Position numbers and translations under genes: made by a program. Source: an uncultured Acidobacteriota bacterium (GTDB lineage Bacteria > Acidobacteriota > Thermoanaerobaculia > UBA5066 > Gp7-AA6). From it: 64,000 nucleotides of DNA. Positions 39,384-49,518 of the stretch are shown piece after piece (position 1 is the stretch's first letter; every line of letters starts with the position of its first letter). The notes beneath the pieces are model-generated. The model was not told the origin of the DNA. It did not search any database and saw nothing but the letters and a program-made list of their open reading frames with translations. Where the stretch lies: contig CAVXTP010000015.1 in NCBI GenBank assembly GCA_963764715.1, forward strand, positions 161,693 through 225,692, in the 5' to 3' direction.

Positions 39384-40001
39384 CTACCTCTCTCCGATCG
39401 GTATCGTCATCGTCTGAGACGCAACGGACTCCTCCCGGCAACCGTAGCGCTGATCGCACGCCGCGGGATCGATGACCTTCACCCATCCGGTGACTTTCGC
39501 CGTGCCGGCGCGCAGACTACTGAGCGGAACCGTCTTTGACCACACGATCTTCTGACCCGGCAGAAGCGTCAATTTTTCATCGCAGCCCGGGTGCTCAGCG
39601 CGAACGATGTGACCCGCATCGTGGCCGCCCGCAATCACGCTGACGCCCCACGACGGCCCAAAGCACCCTTCGAATACCGCCGGCCCGTTGTTCGTGAGAG
39701 TGAACCTGGCCGTCACCGACCGGTCGCCCACCGCCAGGGCGTTTCCCAATGACATCGCGAGGCTCAGGCTCTGGCCAATGCTCGATCTCGGACGCGCCGC
39801 TGCTGGTGCCGCGTGGACCGCCTGGGGCGCGGAGGTACACCGAACAGCCACGATCGCGACGAGCACGAGGCCGCCGAAGCACTTCCGCGACTGTCCGCTG
39901 CCGAACGGTCGGCGCGTCAGCGGCGAGCCCGGAGGCGCAGCCGACGAGCGAGGCCGCCGCGCCCGCGTCTCAGGCCGCACCGGCTTCGCCCCTTCGACCA
40001 T
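39384..40001 (-). CDS. Putative exported protein, in frame through a degenerate attC
   Basis: ORF includes attC peptide ...SPLTRRPFG then a hydrophobic segment; no clear own start. Confidence 0.55.
   Translation of the reverse strand: MVEGAKPVRPETRARRPRSSAAPPGSPLTRRPFGSGQSRKCFGGLVLVAIVAVRCTSAPQAVHAAPAAARPRSSIGQSLSLAMSLGNALAVGDRSVTARFTLTNNGPAVFEGCFGPSWGVSVIAGGHDAGHIVRAEHPGCDEKLTLLPGQKIVWSKTVPLSSLRAGTAKVTGWVKVIDPAACDQRYGCREESVASQTMTIPIGER
39900..39975 (-). repeat. attC, highly degenerate
   Basis: gccgaac...gtcagcggcgag...ctcaggc. Confidence 0.7.
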
Positions 40002-40090
40002 AGAAGGCCAGTATGAGGCGCTTCATCTCACCGTTGTATCGGCCACCCCAGAACACTCGCCCGAGGAAGCACCAGCCGATCTCGATGACG
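39970..40090 (-). pseudogene. GNAT fragment
   Basis: IEIGWCFLGRVFWGGRYNGEMKRL; stop inside the attC. Confidence 0.55.
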
Positions 40091-40118
40091 CTCTCCCCCT
40101 CCGGGAACGCCCCGGCAT

Positions 40119-40655
40119 CTATTTCTTCGTGGTTTTGCCTTCCAATACGGTGGTCCAGGTGGTGCCGTCGGGCGATAGTTCGAACCTGAAGCTGTAGGCC
40201 CTGGCCGACAGCACCTTGATGGTGAGTCGTCCTTTTGTGGTCTGTGCGGCCATCCTCGTCTCGCTCTGCCAGGTCCAGGTGTCGCCGTCCACGTTGCCTC
40301 TGGCGTGGTCGGCTTCGCCCAGGGTGTTGAACGAGTCGTAGGTGTACATCCTGTCGTTGACGTCGTAGCCCATGTAGGCCGTTTCCGCGCCTTTGCCCAT
40401 GGCGCCGTTGAACTCGGAGCGCGTCACCAGGAAAAATCCACCGTCCATCCACCGGACGCGGTTCGTTCCCGTGAACTTGCCGCCCGGGCCCATGGGCCCC
40501 GGCTTGATCTCGCCTTCGCTGGTCCATGTGCCGGCGAAGTATTCGAGTTTCTTCAGCTCGGGCGTGGGCCTGGGATTCTCCGTCTGGACTCGGGCCGATA
40601 ACGCGATCCCGAGCAAGAGCGTCATGCAGGTGAGAACGGCGACACGCCCCTTCAT
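40119..40655 (-). CDS. DUF1579-like secreted protein
   Basis: PELKKLEYFAGTW...GYD...SPDG. Confidence 0.75.
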   Translation of the reverse strand: MKGRVAVLTCMTLLLGIALSARVQTENPRPTPELKKLEYFAGTWTSEGEIKPGPMGPGGKFTGTNRVRWMDGGFFLVTRSEFNGAMGKGAETAYMGYDVNDRMYTYDSFNTLGEADHARGNVDGDTWTWQSETRMAAQTTKGRLTIKVLSARAYSFRFELSPDGTTWTTVLEGKTTKK

Positions 40656-40670
40656 TGGTCTCTCCTCGAG

Positions 40671-40976
40671 TCAGTCTCGCGGAAGCTCCCGGATCTCCAC
40701 CGTTCCTCCCGCCTCGAATACCGGGTTCCCTTCGAGCAGTGCTTTGGCGTCCTCGAGGTCACGGGCCTGGACGCGAATGTATCCCGACAGGTGCGAGGTG
40801 GTCTGTTTCGGCGGACGCCTCTTCGACACGCACTCACCGGCCCCGATCGAGCTTCCTCCTTGAAACCGGCCCGCTGTCCGGAGCGTCTCGACGTATTGCT
40901 CCCAGGTCGCCGGATCTCGACCCGTCCCCTCTTGCTCGGGAACATCGCCGTGCATGAAGAAGATGTACTCGCGCAT
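40671..40976 (-). CDS. YciI family protein
   Basis: SGYIRVQA...P...GGTVEIRE. Confidence 0.8.
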   Translation of the reverse strand: MREYIFFMHGDVPEQEGTGRDPATWEQYVETLRTAGRFQGGSSIGAGECVSKRRPPKQTTSHLSGYIRVQARDLEDAKALLEGNPVFEAGGTVEIRELPRD

Positions 40977-41016
40977 GGGTTTCTCCAACTCCTATCGACG
41001 GCAAGAATGCTACCGG

Positions 41017-41577
41017 TCACTGAAGCGGCGGTCCCACCACCTCCATCTTGTGCTTTGACATGAGCGCACGGTTTGTCGCCGCATCCACGCCCTGCCGTTC
41101 CTCGAACATCTTCTCGAACCCGCCCGGCGTCACACCCACCAACAGCACGCCGGGCTCCGTCCCGACGTTTTCGAAGGTGTGCGCGGTCCCTCGAGGGATG
41201 AACATGACGGACTGAGCCGGCACGCTCATGATCCGGTCACCGAGCCTGACCTTGAACTCCCCGCTCACGACGTAGAAGAACTCGTCCTCTGCCTGGTGAA
41301 TGTGCGCGGGCGGCCCGCTCCCGGGCGCGATGGTCTGCCGGACCAGGCCGAGCGCTCCGCCGGTCTGGTCTCCCGTCGCCACCAGTTCCGTGACGTCCGC
41401 TTCTCTGCCCTTTGGCCCGGTGAACCGGGGTGCGCCGCCGGGCAGGACGACAAACCCCGCCTTCGCAGCGGCCTCGGCGAGAAGCCAGACGGAAGTCACC
41501 GTGGCAGGCCCGGAGAGGAGGGCGATCAGAATCCATGCGGCGATCGGCCAGGACCGAGTGTCGCGACGCACCTTCAT
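41017..41577 (-). CDS. Cupin protein
   Basis: PPAHIH...DEFFYV...PRGTAH. Confidence 0.85.
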   Translation of the reverse strand: MKVRRDTRSWPIAAWILIALLSGPATVTSVWLLAEAAAKAGFVVLPGGAPRFTGPKGREADVTELVATGDQTGGALGLVRQTIAPGSGPPAHIHQAEDEFFYVVSGEFKVRLGDRIMSVPAQSVMFIPRGTAHTFENVGTEPGVLLVGVTPGGFEKMFEERQGVDAATNRALMSKHKMEVVGPPLQ

Positions 41578-41637
41578 GGCTTGGTCCTCCTTGTCAACCG
41601 CCTGACCGAGAAACCACTGCCCTTAAGCCGCGCGTCC

Positions 41638-41712
41638 GCCTGACGGGTGGCGGGTCCGCGGCGAGCCCCCTTGCGAAGCGCAGGGGCGTTCCGCTGCACC
41701 CGCGGGTCAGGC
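41638..41712 (-). repeat. attC, degenerate
   Basis: gcctgac...gtcaggc. Confidence 0.85.
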
Positions 41713-42012
41713 GGGTCGCTGCGCGTTGCGCCTACGCGCCCTCCTCGTCAAGAGCATGAAGAATATGGCCCACCACACGAGGATGCTCGAGAGCCCGGCG
41801 AACCAGATCGCCTGGGCGCTACGCACACCGCCGATCAAATAGACAAGGCGAACGAATGGCAGCGCGATGACCTGGATAGCGATGTGGAGTGGACGGGGTT
41901 CCTCCACGTCCGCCCAGAGCGCGGTGAAGCCTGCCGCCGCAACGAGCAGCGCTGCGAGGAGGGACCCGAGCACGCGGCGCCACGGGAACCTGCCCTCACC
42001 CGGCACAGTCAT
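41707..42012 (-). CDS. Small membrane protein cassette
   Basis: Three hydrophobic segments; stop inside the attC end. Confidence 0.65.
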   Translation of the reverse strand: MTVPGEGRFPWRRVLGSLLAALLVAAAGFTALWADVEEPRPLHIAIQVIALPFVRLVYLIGGVRSAQAIWFAGLSSILVWWAIFFMLLTRRARRRNAQRPA

Positions 42013-42022
42013 CCTTCGGCCC

Positions 42023-42096
42023 GCCGAACGGGTGGCGGGTCGACGGCCCGCGAAGAGCCGGCGATGAGCGCGTCCGCTGCACGCCGCATGTCGGGC
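42023..42096 (-). repeat. attC, degenerate
   Basis: gccgaac gggtggcgggtc...tccgctgcac...gtcgggc. Confidence 0.8.
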
Positions 42097-42181
42097 CGCG
42101 GCACGACTCGAAAGTCACTCTTCATGGGCCTGTGCGCCGCGGGTGCGTCTGGCGCCGGCCCATCGAGCGACGGTGCTCTCC

Positions 42182-42961
42182 TCAATTCGGCCAACTGAGC
42201 CCGAGCGCCTTCGCCAGAAATACGGCCATCTGCCCACGGGTCACCGGGCTATCCGGACAGTACAGCGGCGGCGCCGCGTTGCAACCGCCCGTGATTCCCG
42301 AAGCCCTCAGCGCCTCGATGAACTGGAAGAAAGGATGGTTTGTCGGCACGTCGTTGAAGGATGCGGTTCCCGGCGCTGGACTGACGGTGCGCTTCCACCA
42401 GACGTCCACGGAACCGAAGAACTGTGTACCGCCGCTGGGCGCGATTTCCATGTCCAGTATGAGGGTGCGACCGACCCCCTGGCTGCCAGTCCAAAGGATC
42501 CCCAGTGGCGCGGGATTGATGTCCGTCGCCCACGAGTTATGAGCCGTATTGCCGAGAGCGGAGAGAGGAGTCGCGGTGCCACTTGCGTCGCGCACATACA
42601 AGTGGATAACCATCACGCTCGGTGTTCCGTCGTTTAAATTATTGAACCCGATGAAGTCGATGACTGAGCCCGCCGGGATGTCGAGTGCCGAATAGAAGTG
42701 CCCGCCAATGGCGTTGACGGCCCGAGCGACGCTGCCACTGACGTTGTAGATCATGCCGTTGCTGCCTGGAGCGAACCCAACGCCCGCGATTGTAGTTACC
42801 GTGTAGTCTGCCGTACCGTACGCCGTCGGGGGCCCGCTCGACGCCAGGACTGGCTGCCCCGAGGGCGGGGTCTGAGCGGCGACCGACAGACTTGCGAGCA
42901 GCATCAGCAGACCGAAAGACACCGATTCACCGGTCCTGCACATTTTGAGACTCGCGGGCAT
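42182..42961 (-). CDS. Secreted protein with C-terminal SLH domain
   Basis: FNDVPTNHPFFQFIEAL...GITGGC...VTRGQMAVFL. Confidence 0.85.
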   Translation of the reverse strand: MPASLKMCRTGESVSFGLLMLLASLSVAAQTPPSGQPVLASSGPPTAYGTADYTVTTIAGVGFAPGSNGMIYNVSGSVARAVNAIGGHFYSALDIPAGSVIDFIGFNNLNDGTPSVMVIHLYVRDASGTATPLSALGNTAHNSWATDINPAPLGILWTGSQGVGRTLILDMEIAPSGGTQFFGSVDVWWKRTVSPAPGTASFNDVPTNHPFFQFIEALRASGITGGCNAAPPLYCPDSPVTRGQMAVFLAKALGLSWPN

Positions 42962-43132
42962 AGCTACCTCCTCACTGATTCGCGCCGCCCAACGAAGGGA
43001 CGCTCCGCCCCAAGGCTAACACCAAAGACCTGCGCGCTCCGCGCGACGGCAGAAAGTCTGCGCGTCGCCCCCACGAACGCCGAGGGGCGTCACGTCAGGG
43101 TCGCCCGTGAGTTTGAGGCGCGGCTCAGGACG

Positions 43133-43208
43133 GCCGAGCGGGCGGCGGTCAGCCGCGAGCGCCGAGCCTCAGGCGAGCGGCGACTCCGCTGCACCCCGGG
43201 GGTCAGGC
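43133..43208 (-). repeat. attC, degenerate
   Basis: gccgagc...ctccgctgcac...gtcaggc. Confidence 0.75.
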
Positions 43209-43235
43209 GCGGCGCCCATAACTTTCATCGAACGC

Positions 43236-43311
43236 GCCTGACGGATGGCGGTCCAGCGGCGAGGTCCGTAGCGAAGCGTAGGAGCGAATCCGCTGCATCC
43301 GCGGGTTAGGC
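43236..43311 (-). repeat. attC, mildly degenerate
   Basis: gcctgac...gttaggc. Confidence 0.85.
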
Positions 43312-43359
43312 CGCGGTGATCGCCGCGATCGTGGCGCCAGTTGATGCATCGCCGACGGC

Positions 43360-43707
43360 CTAAGGACGCTTGAGTTCGACGGCGATGATGCGCAACTCCC
43401 CGCTTCCCACGTTGTGTACGTAGTGCGGAACAAGGGGTGCTGACCACAGGGCCGTACCGATGGGCGGCTTTGCCGCCATAGACCTCGAATCGACGAGCAC
43501 TTTCCCGTCCGGGTCGTAACGAATGAAGTCGCTCCAGCCCAGGACGTAGAGGGCGCTGTGCCAACGATGCGTGTGAACCGGAGTGCGCTCGCCCGGACCG
43601 AGGCGAGTATCGAGCACCCGGACAGACTCGTTCTCCAGGAGCACCTCGTGGTGATGAGGTGCCGCACTCATCGCGTCGAGCGGATCCGTCGCCGCTTCGT
43701 TTGTCAT
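43360..43707 (-). CDS. Cupin protein
   Basis: LLENESVRVL...HTH...HNVG...VELK. Confidence 0.8.
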   Translation of the reverse strand: MTNEAATDPLDAMSAAPHHHEVLLENESVRVLDTRLGPGERTPVHTHRWHSALYVLGWSDFIRYDPDGKVLVDSRSMAAKPPIGTALWSAPLVPHYVHNVGSGELRIIAVELKRP

Positions 43708-43806
43708 CCGTCTTCCTCCGGAATCAGGGCCGGTTCTCGTTCGAGTTCACCAGCGGTTGAACGAAGTATTACGGCCGCAGTTCGCGGCCGTGAGTAACGA
43801 GCCTGC

Positions 43807-44193
43807 TCACTGGCCTGGAGGCGGCTCCCACAGCTCGACCTTGTTTCCCTCTGGATCAATCACCCAGGCAAACTTCCCATACTCGGATTCGTCAATCTTC
43901 TCGAGCACATTGCAGCCTTCTTCCCTCAAGGCCTCGACCAGGCCGTGGAGGTCTGCCACTCGGTAGTTGACCATGAAGGCAGCAGAGCTCGGCGCAAAGT
44001 GATTGCTTTCTTGCGGGTCGATCAACCAGGCCGTTGTGCCGGCAACCGGCTTGCCCTCGGCGTCGGTCCAGGGGAAGGCCGCTCCGCCCCAGACCTGGAC
44101 ATCGATCCCCAGGTGCCGCTTGTACCAGGCCTGCAGTGAGGGAGCGTCTTTGGCCTTGAAGAAGATGCCGCCGATGCCGGTGACTCGTTTCAT
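43807..44193 (-). CDS. VOC family protein
   Basis: MKRVTGIGGIFF...DPEGNKVELW. Confidence 0.9.
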   Translation of the reverse strand: MKRVTGIGGIFFKAKDAPSLQAWYKRHLGIDVQVWGGAAFPWTDAEGKPVAGTTAWLIDPQESNHFAPSSAAFMVNYRVADLHGLVEALREEGCNVLEKIDESEYGKFAWVIDPEGNKVELWEPPPGQ

Positions 44194-44281
44194 GTGACCT
44201 CCGATACGCGGCGATGGTAAGTCCAGCGTCGTTCCTGACCTCGACCCACCAGACTGTCCGGGGCCGCGCTTCGACGGATGG

Positions 44282-44824
<543 letters not shown>

Positions 44825-44853
44825 TCCGTAAGAATACCAATCGCCATAGGGCG

Positions 44854-44929
44854 GTCCAACGCGTGGCGGGTCAGCGGCGAGCCCCGTGGCGAAGCGTGGA
44901 GGCGAGTCCGCTGCACCCGCGGGTTGAGT
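44854..44929 (-). repeat. attC variant
   Basis: gtccaac...gttgagt. Confidence 0.85.
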
Positions 44930-44959
44930 GGGCGGCCGGGGTCAGTGTCGGGACTGAGC

Positions 44960-45304
44960 TCACCGTTGCCTGACGATATCGACTGAGATCTCCACCGCCG
45001 GCGTCGTTCCTCTATTCTCGAGCCAGTGCGTGGTGTTCCGATCCTCGGGCCAGCCCAATCCCGGCCCATACTCCCTGGCCACTCCATCCCGATGATCAGT
45101 GATTGTTCCTTGCAGGATGTAGACCATGCCCGGTCTGTCTTTATGGTCGTGACTCGGGCCGAAGACCCCTCCCGGTTCGATGGTCACCATTCGCATTCGA
45201 AGCTGGCGCCCTGCCAGGCCCTCGATTTCAGAGCCAAGGTCAAGCGCGGCCAGTAGCTTCACCGTAATACCTTTCGTCTCGGGTGCCGCCTGCTCGTTTC
45301 GAAT
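44960..45304 (-). CDS. Cupin protein; start possibly degraded to ATT
   Basis: HDHKDRPG...HWLENRG; RBS precedes an in-frame ATT. Confidence 0.7.
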   Translation of the reverse strand: MRNEQAAPETKGITVKLLAALDLGSEIEGLAGRQLRMRMVTIEPGGVFGPSHDHKDRPGMVYILQGTITDHRDGVAREYGPGLGWPEDRNTTHWLENRGTTPAVEISVDIVRQR

Positions 45305-45332
45305 CGTGGTCTCCCTTCTGTACGTTCTGGCC

Positions 45333-45408
45333 TCCTAACGGGTGGCGTGTCGGCGGCGAGCTCCGAGTCGAACTCGAGGAGCGAGTCCGCTGCACCCGCG
45401 GGTCAGGC
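45333..45408 (-). repeat. attC variant
   Basis: tcctaac...gtcaggc. Confidence 0.88.
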
Positions 45409-45582
45409 CGCGCCCTCCACCTGGACATTCCTGGCCAGCGTCTTGAAACGGGGCCCGTTCTGAGGCACCACGGTGATGGTGACGTTCCCGCTCTTGCTCT
45501 TGTTGATGTCTCGCACGGTGCCGGACTTACCCTTGTGCGTGCCGGCGACGACCTTGCAGAAGGCACCCTCTTTCAACTTCAT
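45403..45582 (-). CDS. KOW-motif small protein, 59 aa, not in the ORF track
   Basis: MKLKEGAFCKVVAGTHKGKSGTV; GGGAGG RBS; stop in the attC. Confidence 0.8.
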   Translation of the reverse strand: MKLKEGAFCKVVAGTHKGKSGTVRDINKSKSGNVTITVVPQNGPRFKTLARNVQVEGAA

Positions 45583-45613
45583 CTCTTCCTCCCTGTCAAT
45601 CCATGGTCGCGCG

Positions 45614-45660
45614 GCCTAACGATACTCGAGTTCACCGGGCGCGCCGCTCGCGGGTCAGGC
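45614..45660 (-). repeat. Short or chimeric attC remnant, 47 bp
   Basis: gcctaac gatactcgagttcacc...cgcgggtcaggc. Confidence 0.6.
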
Positions 45661-46059
45661 CGCTGGTAACGCACGGTGACGGCGTCCCCACAACAGACCG
45701 ATCGCGAGCCACTGCAGGGAGGACACGAGCACGGCGAGGACTCCCGCGATGAATGAGACCAGTGCCATCGACATGGACGTCAGTTCGAGCATCTCAAAGG
45801 CTGTCACCGATGCGAGGAGAGCTGGCGTATTGATCAGCATGAAGAACGAGGCTACCCTGCTCTGCGGAGAGTGACCACCGACTTCTCGTCCGAACAACGG
45901 TGTGCCCCACGCCGTATTGTGTTCGACCGATACGCCACCCGGCGTGAAGTGCGGGCGGCGGTCCTCCAACTCTGCCCACGGTGTTGCGGGTCGACTGCCA
46001 AGAAAGATGACCCACGCCAGGGCATTTGCCGCAACCAGAACGAGCGCCGCGCGGCTCAC
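45655..46059 (-). CDS. Membrane protein cassette
   Basis: Hydrophobic segments; stop in the attC end. Confidence 0.65.
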   Translation of the reverse strand: MSRAALVLVAANALAWVIFLGSRPATPWAELEDRRPHFTPGGVSVEHNTAWGTPLFGREVGGHSPQSRVASFFMLINTPALLASVTAFEMLELTSMSMALVSFIAGVLAVLVSSLQWLAIGLLWGRRHRALPAA

Positions 46060-46081
46060 GTCACACCGCCCCTCGAGAGCG

Positions 46082-46169
46082 CCCCAACGGGTGGAGGGTC
46101 AGCGGGGAGCGGGGAGGCGAGCTCCGAGGCGAAGCCGAGGAGCGAGTCCGCTGCACCCGCGGGTCAGGC
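46082..46169 (-). repeat. attC with a 12-bp insertion
   Basis: ccccaac...gtcaggc, 88 bp. Confidence 0.85.
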
Positions 46170-46172
46170 GGC

Positions 46173-46436
46173 TTATCGATACACGTCCTTGCGATCAGCG
46201 ACTCGCACGACGAGCACCACCAATTCGGCATCAGCGATTGAGTAAGCGATGCGAAATCGGCCGACGCGGATCCGGTACCGATCGTCTCGCCCTGCGAGCT
46301 TCTCGCATCCGACCGGCCGCGGCTCCTCCGCAAGCGCAAGAATGCTCGCCACGATGCGCTGCCTGTCTTTCTTCTGGTCAACGGCCTCGATCTCCCTGGC
46401 CGCGGACGGCTTGATCAGGACGCTATAGCTTGCCAC
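46173..46436 (-). CDS. RelE/ParE family toxin
   Basis: PRPVGCEKLAG...YRIRVGRFRI. Confidence 0.9.
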   Translation of the reverse strand: MASYSVLIKPSAAREIEAVDQKKDRQRIVASILALAEEPRPVGCEKLAGRDDRYRIRVGRFRIAYSIADAELVVLVVRVADRKDVYR

Positions 46437-46653
46437 GCCGCTTGAGAGCCTTCACGAACCGTTCAAAGTCGAGATTCGGCTCCCGCTTGCGCTTCTCGAA
46501 CGCTTCCAGGTCCTCGACATCCTCAGCCAGTGACAGTCTCACGGCATCGTTAACCATGTCGGAGATCGACTTGTCGGACGTCGCGGCCTTGAGCCGCAAG
46601 GCCCGGTGGATCTCCGGCTCAAAGTAAACGGTGGCTCGCTTGGCGCTGCTCAT
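46423..46653 (-). CDS. CopG/RHH antitoxin
   Basis: KRATVYF...LRLKAA...SISDMVN; overlaps the toxin. Confidence 0.88.
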   Translation of the reverse strand: MSSAKRATVYFEPEIHRALRLKAATSDKSISDMVNDAVRLSLAEDVEDLEAFEKRKREPNLDFERFVKALKRRGKL

Positions 46654-46660
46654 GGACCAC

Positions 46661-46689
46661 AGGTTAACGCTTTGACGTTAAGACGTCAA
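46661..46689 (-). promoter_or_regulatory. TA promoter with operator palindrome
   Basis: TTGACG-17bp-TAACCT, 7 nt before ATG; inverted repeat TTGACGT...ACGTCAA. Confidence 0.75.
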
Positions 46690-46702
46690 TTCGCCAGGAG
46701 CC

Positions 46703-46778
46703 GCCTGACGGGTGGCGGGTCAGCCGGGAGCTTCGAGCCAAAGGCGAGGAGCGAGTCCGCTGCACGCGCGTTTTCGGG
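46703..46778 (-). repeat. attC with a broken right end
   Basis: gcctgac...tccgctgcacgcgcg, then no gttaggc. Confidence 0.8.
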
Positions 46779-46812
46779 GGCCAGTCATGCATGCTGGATG
46801 GTGGTGGAGTAA

Positions 46813-47763
46813 TCATCCTGCGGCTACCTGGCAGCCGACGCCGGAGCCGGGTGGTAGTCGAACTTTCCCTTCCCCTCTTGGTAGAACAAGCAATCGCTTC
46901 CGGGGCGGCAGCCACGCGCCACTAGCCCGCATGAAGAAGAACGAATAACGCACGCCCAGGTTCCTGGCCCGCGCTCGACTCTTTCGGCTCATCAGAGCCA
47001 TCACGGGCTTCAGCAGTGGCCGGCCGATCTGCTCGGCGAAGGCAGCGTCCGGCGGGCCTACGACGCTGACCGCTAGGCCACCAGGTGTCAGTACGGTCAG
47101 CGACTTTGCGAGGTTGTGGCCTCCAAGGGAATCGAGCACGACGTCGTAGCCGGAGAGCAACTCTGCGAAGTCTGCCTTTGTGTAGTCGATGACTTCGTTC
47201 GCGCCGAGGCCGCGCACCTTCAGCTCGTCGTTGCCGTGCGCAGTTGTGGCGACGTATGCGCCCAAGTGTTTTGCGAGCTGAACCACTGTCGAGCCCAGTC
47301 CACCGGCGCCAGCGTGCACGAGGACCTTCTGCCCCGCCTTGACCTGTGCGAGGTCGACCAACGCCTGCCACGCGGCAAGCGCGACCAGAGGGACCGCTGC
47401 AGACTCTTCTATCGTGAGTGAGTTCGGCCTGTGGGCGATGTCGGCATGGTCAATGGCGATGTACTCCGCGAAGGCCCCGATACGCAGGTCACGAGGTCGG
47501 GCGTAGACCTCGTCGCCAACCTTGAAATCCCGCAAGTCGGCGCCGACCCGCGTCACGATGCCCGCAGCGTCATGGCCGAGCACGAACGGCGTCTTGTACT
47601 TCAGGAGCTGCTTAAACTCGCCGTTGCGGATCATCTTGTCCAGCGGGTTGATGCTGGCAGCGCTCACCCGGACCAGAACGTCACGCGGCCCGACACTGGG
47701 CTGCGGGACCTGGGCGGCACGCAGGCCACTCTTGCCATATCTCTCGACGACGAATGCTTTCAT
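46813..47763 (-). pseudogene. NADP-dependent (MDR/Qor) oxidoreductase, C-terminus apparently truncated
   Basis: AASINPLD, HAGAGGLG; family similarity fades after FFFMRASG. Confidence 0.7.
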
Positions 47764-47768
47764 GGGCG

Positions 47769-47845
47769 CTCTAACGGGCTGCCGGTCAGGGGCGAGCGAA
47801 CAAGCGAAGCGCGGAAGCGAGGCCGCTGCAACGGCATTGTCAGGC
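47769..47845 (-). repeat. attC, divergent
   Basis: ctctaac...ccgctgca...gtcaggc. Confidence 0.8.
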
Positions 47846-48130
47846 GGCCGCAAATTCTGGGACTCTGGACCGCGCCGAACTCTCCCGCGCGAGTCCCGCA
47901 GCTTCCGCCACGATGCGACGTTTAGCATCCTGACCGGGTCGAGGCTTTCGGCACGTTCGCTCATCCGCGTGCTCAGGTTTAAGACGCCGCAATCATCTCA
48001 GCGGTTCCCATCCTCTGATGGATCTAGAGTTGCAGGCGCCGAACTCCTGCCGCACGCCGGTTGTCGCCGAGAAGAGTAGCGTGCCCTCGGGGACGACCGC
48101 CGTCGAAACGCGGCCCGCGGTTGGGCTCCC

Positions 48131-48159
48131 TTGCATGCTGGTCCCACTCCTCCTATACT
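48131..48159 (+). promoter_or_regulatory. Putative sigma70 promoter
   Basis: TTGCAT-17bp-TATACT, 7 nt before ATG 48167. Confidence 0.6.
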
Positions 48160-48166
48160 GAACCGG

Positions 48167-48532
48167 ATGGTTCAGTATTTGCACGCCCGCCTCGATGTCT
48201 CGTTCGCCGCGCTCTCGGATGCGACCCGACGCGGCGTTCTGGAGCAGCTGGGACGTTCCGAAGCTTCGATCACGGACCTTGCCGAGAAGTTCCACATGAC
48301 CCTCACGGGCATGAAGAAGCACGTCGGCGTCCTGGAGCAGTCCGGGCTCGTCACCACGGAGAAGCTCGGGCGCGTGCGGACCTGCAAGCTCGGCCCGCGC
48401 CGATTGGAGGAAGAGACGGCCTGGATCGAGAGGTATCGCCAGCTCTGGGACGCACGCTTCGACGAGTTGGACAAGGTTGTCGAGGAATTGAAACGGAGGG
48501 AGAAGGTCGATGGACGCAAGAAGAGAGAGTGA
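48167..48532 (+). CDS. ArsR family regulator, antiparallel to the array
   Basis: FAALSDATRRGVL...KKHVGVLE. Confidence 0.9.
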   Translation: MVQYLHARLDVSFAALSDATRRGVLEQLGRSEASITDLAEKFHMTLTGMKKHVGVLEQSGLVTTEKLGRVRTCKLGPRRLEEETAWIERYRQLWDARFDELDKVVEELKRREKVDGRKKRE

Positions 48533-49025
48533 GGCCACACCGATGAAGAACCGCACGACGGTGGAGCGAACGTCCGAGCGTGAGCTCGTCGTCACGCGAA
48601 CTTTCAACGGCCCGGCGCGCCTCGTGTTCGAGGCGTGGACCAAGCCCGAGCTGTTCAGGCAGTGGTGGGTGCCGAAGTCGATGGGAATGTCCCTGCTTTC
48701 CTGCGAAATGGATGTTCGTGTCGGGGGCAGGTACCGTTTGGAGTTCGCGCACGGGGACTCACAGTCGGCGTTCTTCGGCACGTACAAGGAAGTCGCACCG
48801 CACTCGCGCCTCGTCTGGACCAATGAGGAAAGTGACGAGGGCTCCGTCACGACGGTGACCTTCGCGGAAAAAGGCGGCAAGACGCTGCTCGTCATGCACG
48901 AGCTCTATCCCTCGAAGGAAGCTCTCGACGCTGCCGGCACCGGGGCGGCGGATGTGATGAAAGAGACGTTCGAGCAACTGGATGAGCTTCTCGTCGCCCT
49001 GGGCGCGAGCGTGGGACGGTCATGA
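48510..49025 (+). CDS. SRPBCC/AHSA1 protein
   Basis: VVTRTFNGPARLVFEAWTKPE. Confidence 0.88.
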   Translation: MDARRESEATPMKNRTTVERTSERELVVTRTFNGPARLVFEAWTKPELFRQWWVPKSMGMSLLSCEMDVRVGGRYRLEFAHGDSQSAFFGTYKEVAPHSRLVWTNEESDEGSVTTVTFAEKGGKTLLVMHELYPSKEALDAAGTGAADVMKETFEQLDELLVALGASVGRS

Positions 49026-49202
49026 ACTCGTCGATCTCGCGGTCGGCCGCCTGGCTTATTGGTCTCGACCTCGATCCCTCGTGGCACAGCATCAGCGAGT
49101 GGGCAATCGGTCCTCACGGCTGACCTCGGCGCGCTGCTCGCCCCGGCCGGCCTGGCTCACATGCTGGCCGGGGCCACGTGAAATTAGATAGTGCTTCGGT
49201 CC

Positions 49203-49277
49203 GTCTACGGGTGGCGGGGCAGCGGCGAGCTCCGAGGCGAAGCCGAGGAGCGAGTCCGCTGCACCCGCGGGTTAGGC
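49203..49277 (-). repeat. attC with a 1-bp deletion in the core
   Basis: gtctac gggtggcgggg...gttaggc. Confidence 0.88.
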
Positions 49278-49514
49278 GGCCACGTGAAGCTTGTCGTACA
49301 AGAACTCCGGTGCGAAGTCCGCACCGTTGGGCCAGGCGATTGTTCCGAGGTCGCTCGAAACTGCAAACCGCTGAAAGTAGCCTCGGTCCCGAAGCGGCTC
49401 GAACACCGGGCCGTGAAGGTCGGCTGAGAGATCCACCTCACCGCTGACGCCATCCTCGAACCTCAGCCAGATCGTGAAGTCCCTGACGTATCGAGCTTCC
49501 ACTACGTCAACCAT
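49272..49514 (-). CDS. DUF2442 family protein (putative TA partner)
   Basis: LRFEDG...TIAWPNGADFAPE; TAA inside the attC. Confidence 0.85.
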   Translation of the reverse strand: MVDVVEARYVRDFTIWLRFEDGVSGEVDLSADLHGPVFEPLRDRGYFQRFAVSSDLGTIAWPNGADFAPEFLYDKLHVAA

Positions 49515-49518
49515 CTCT

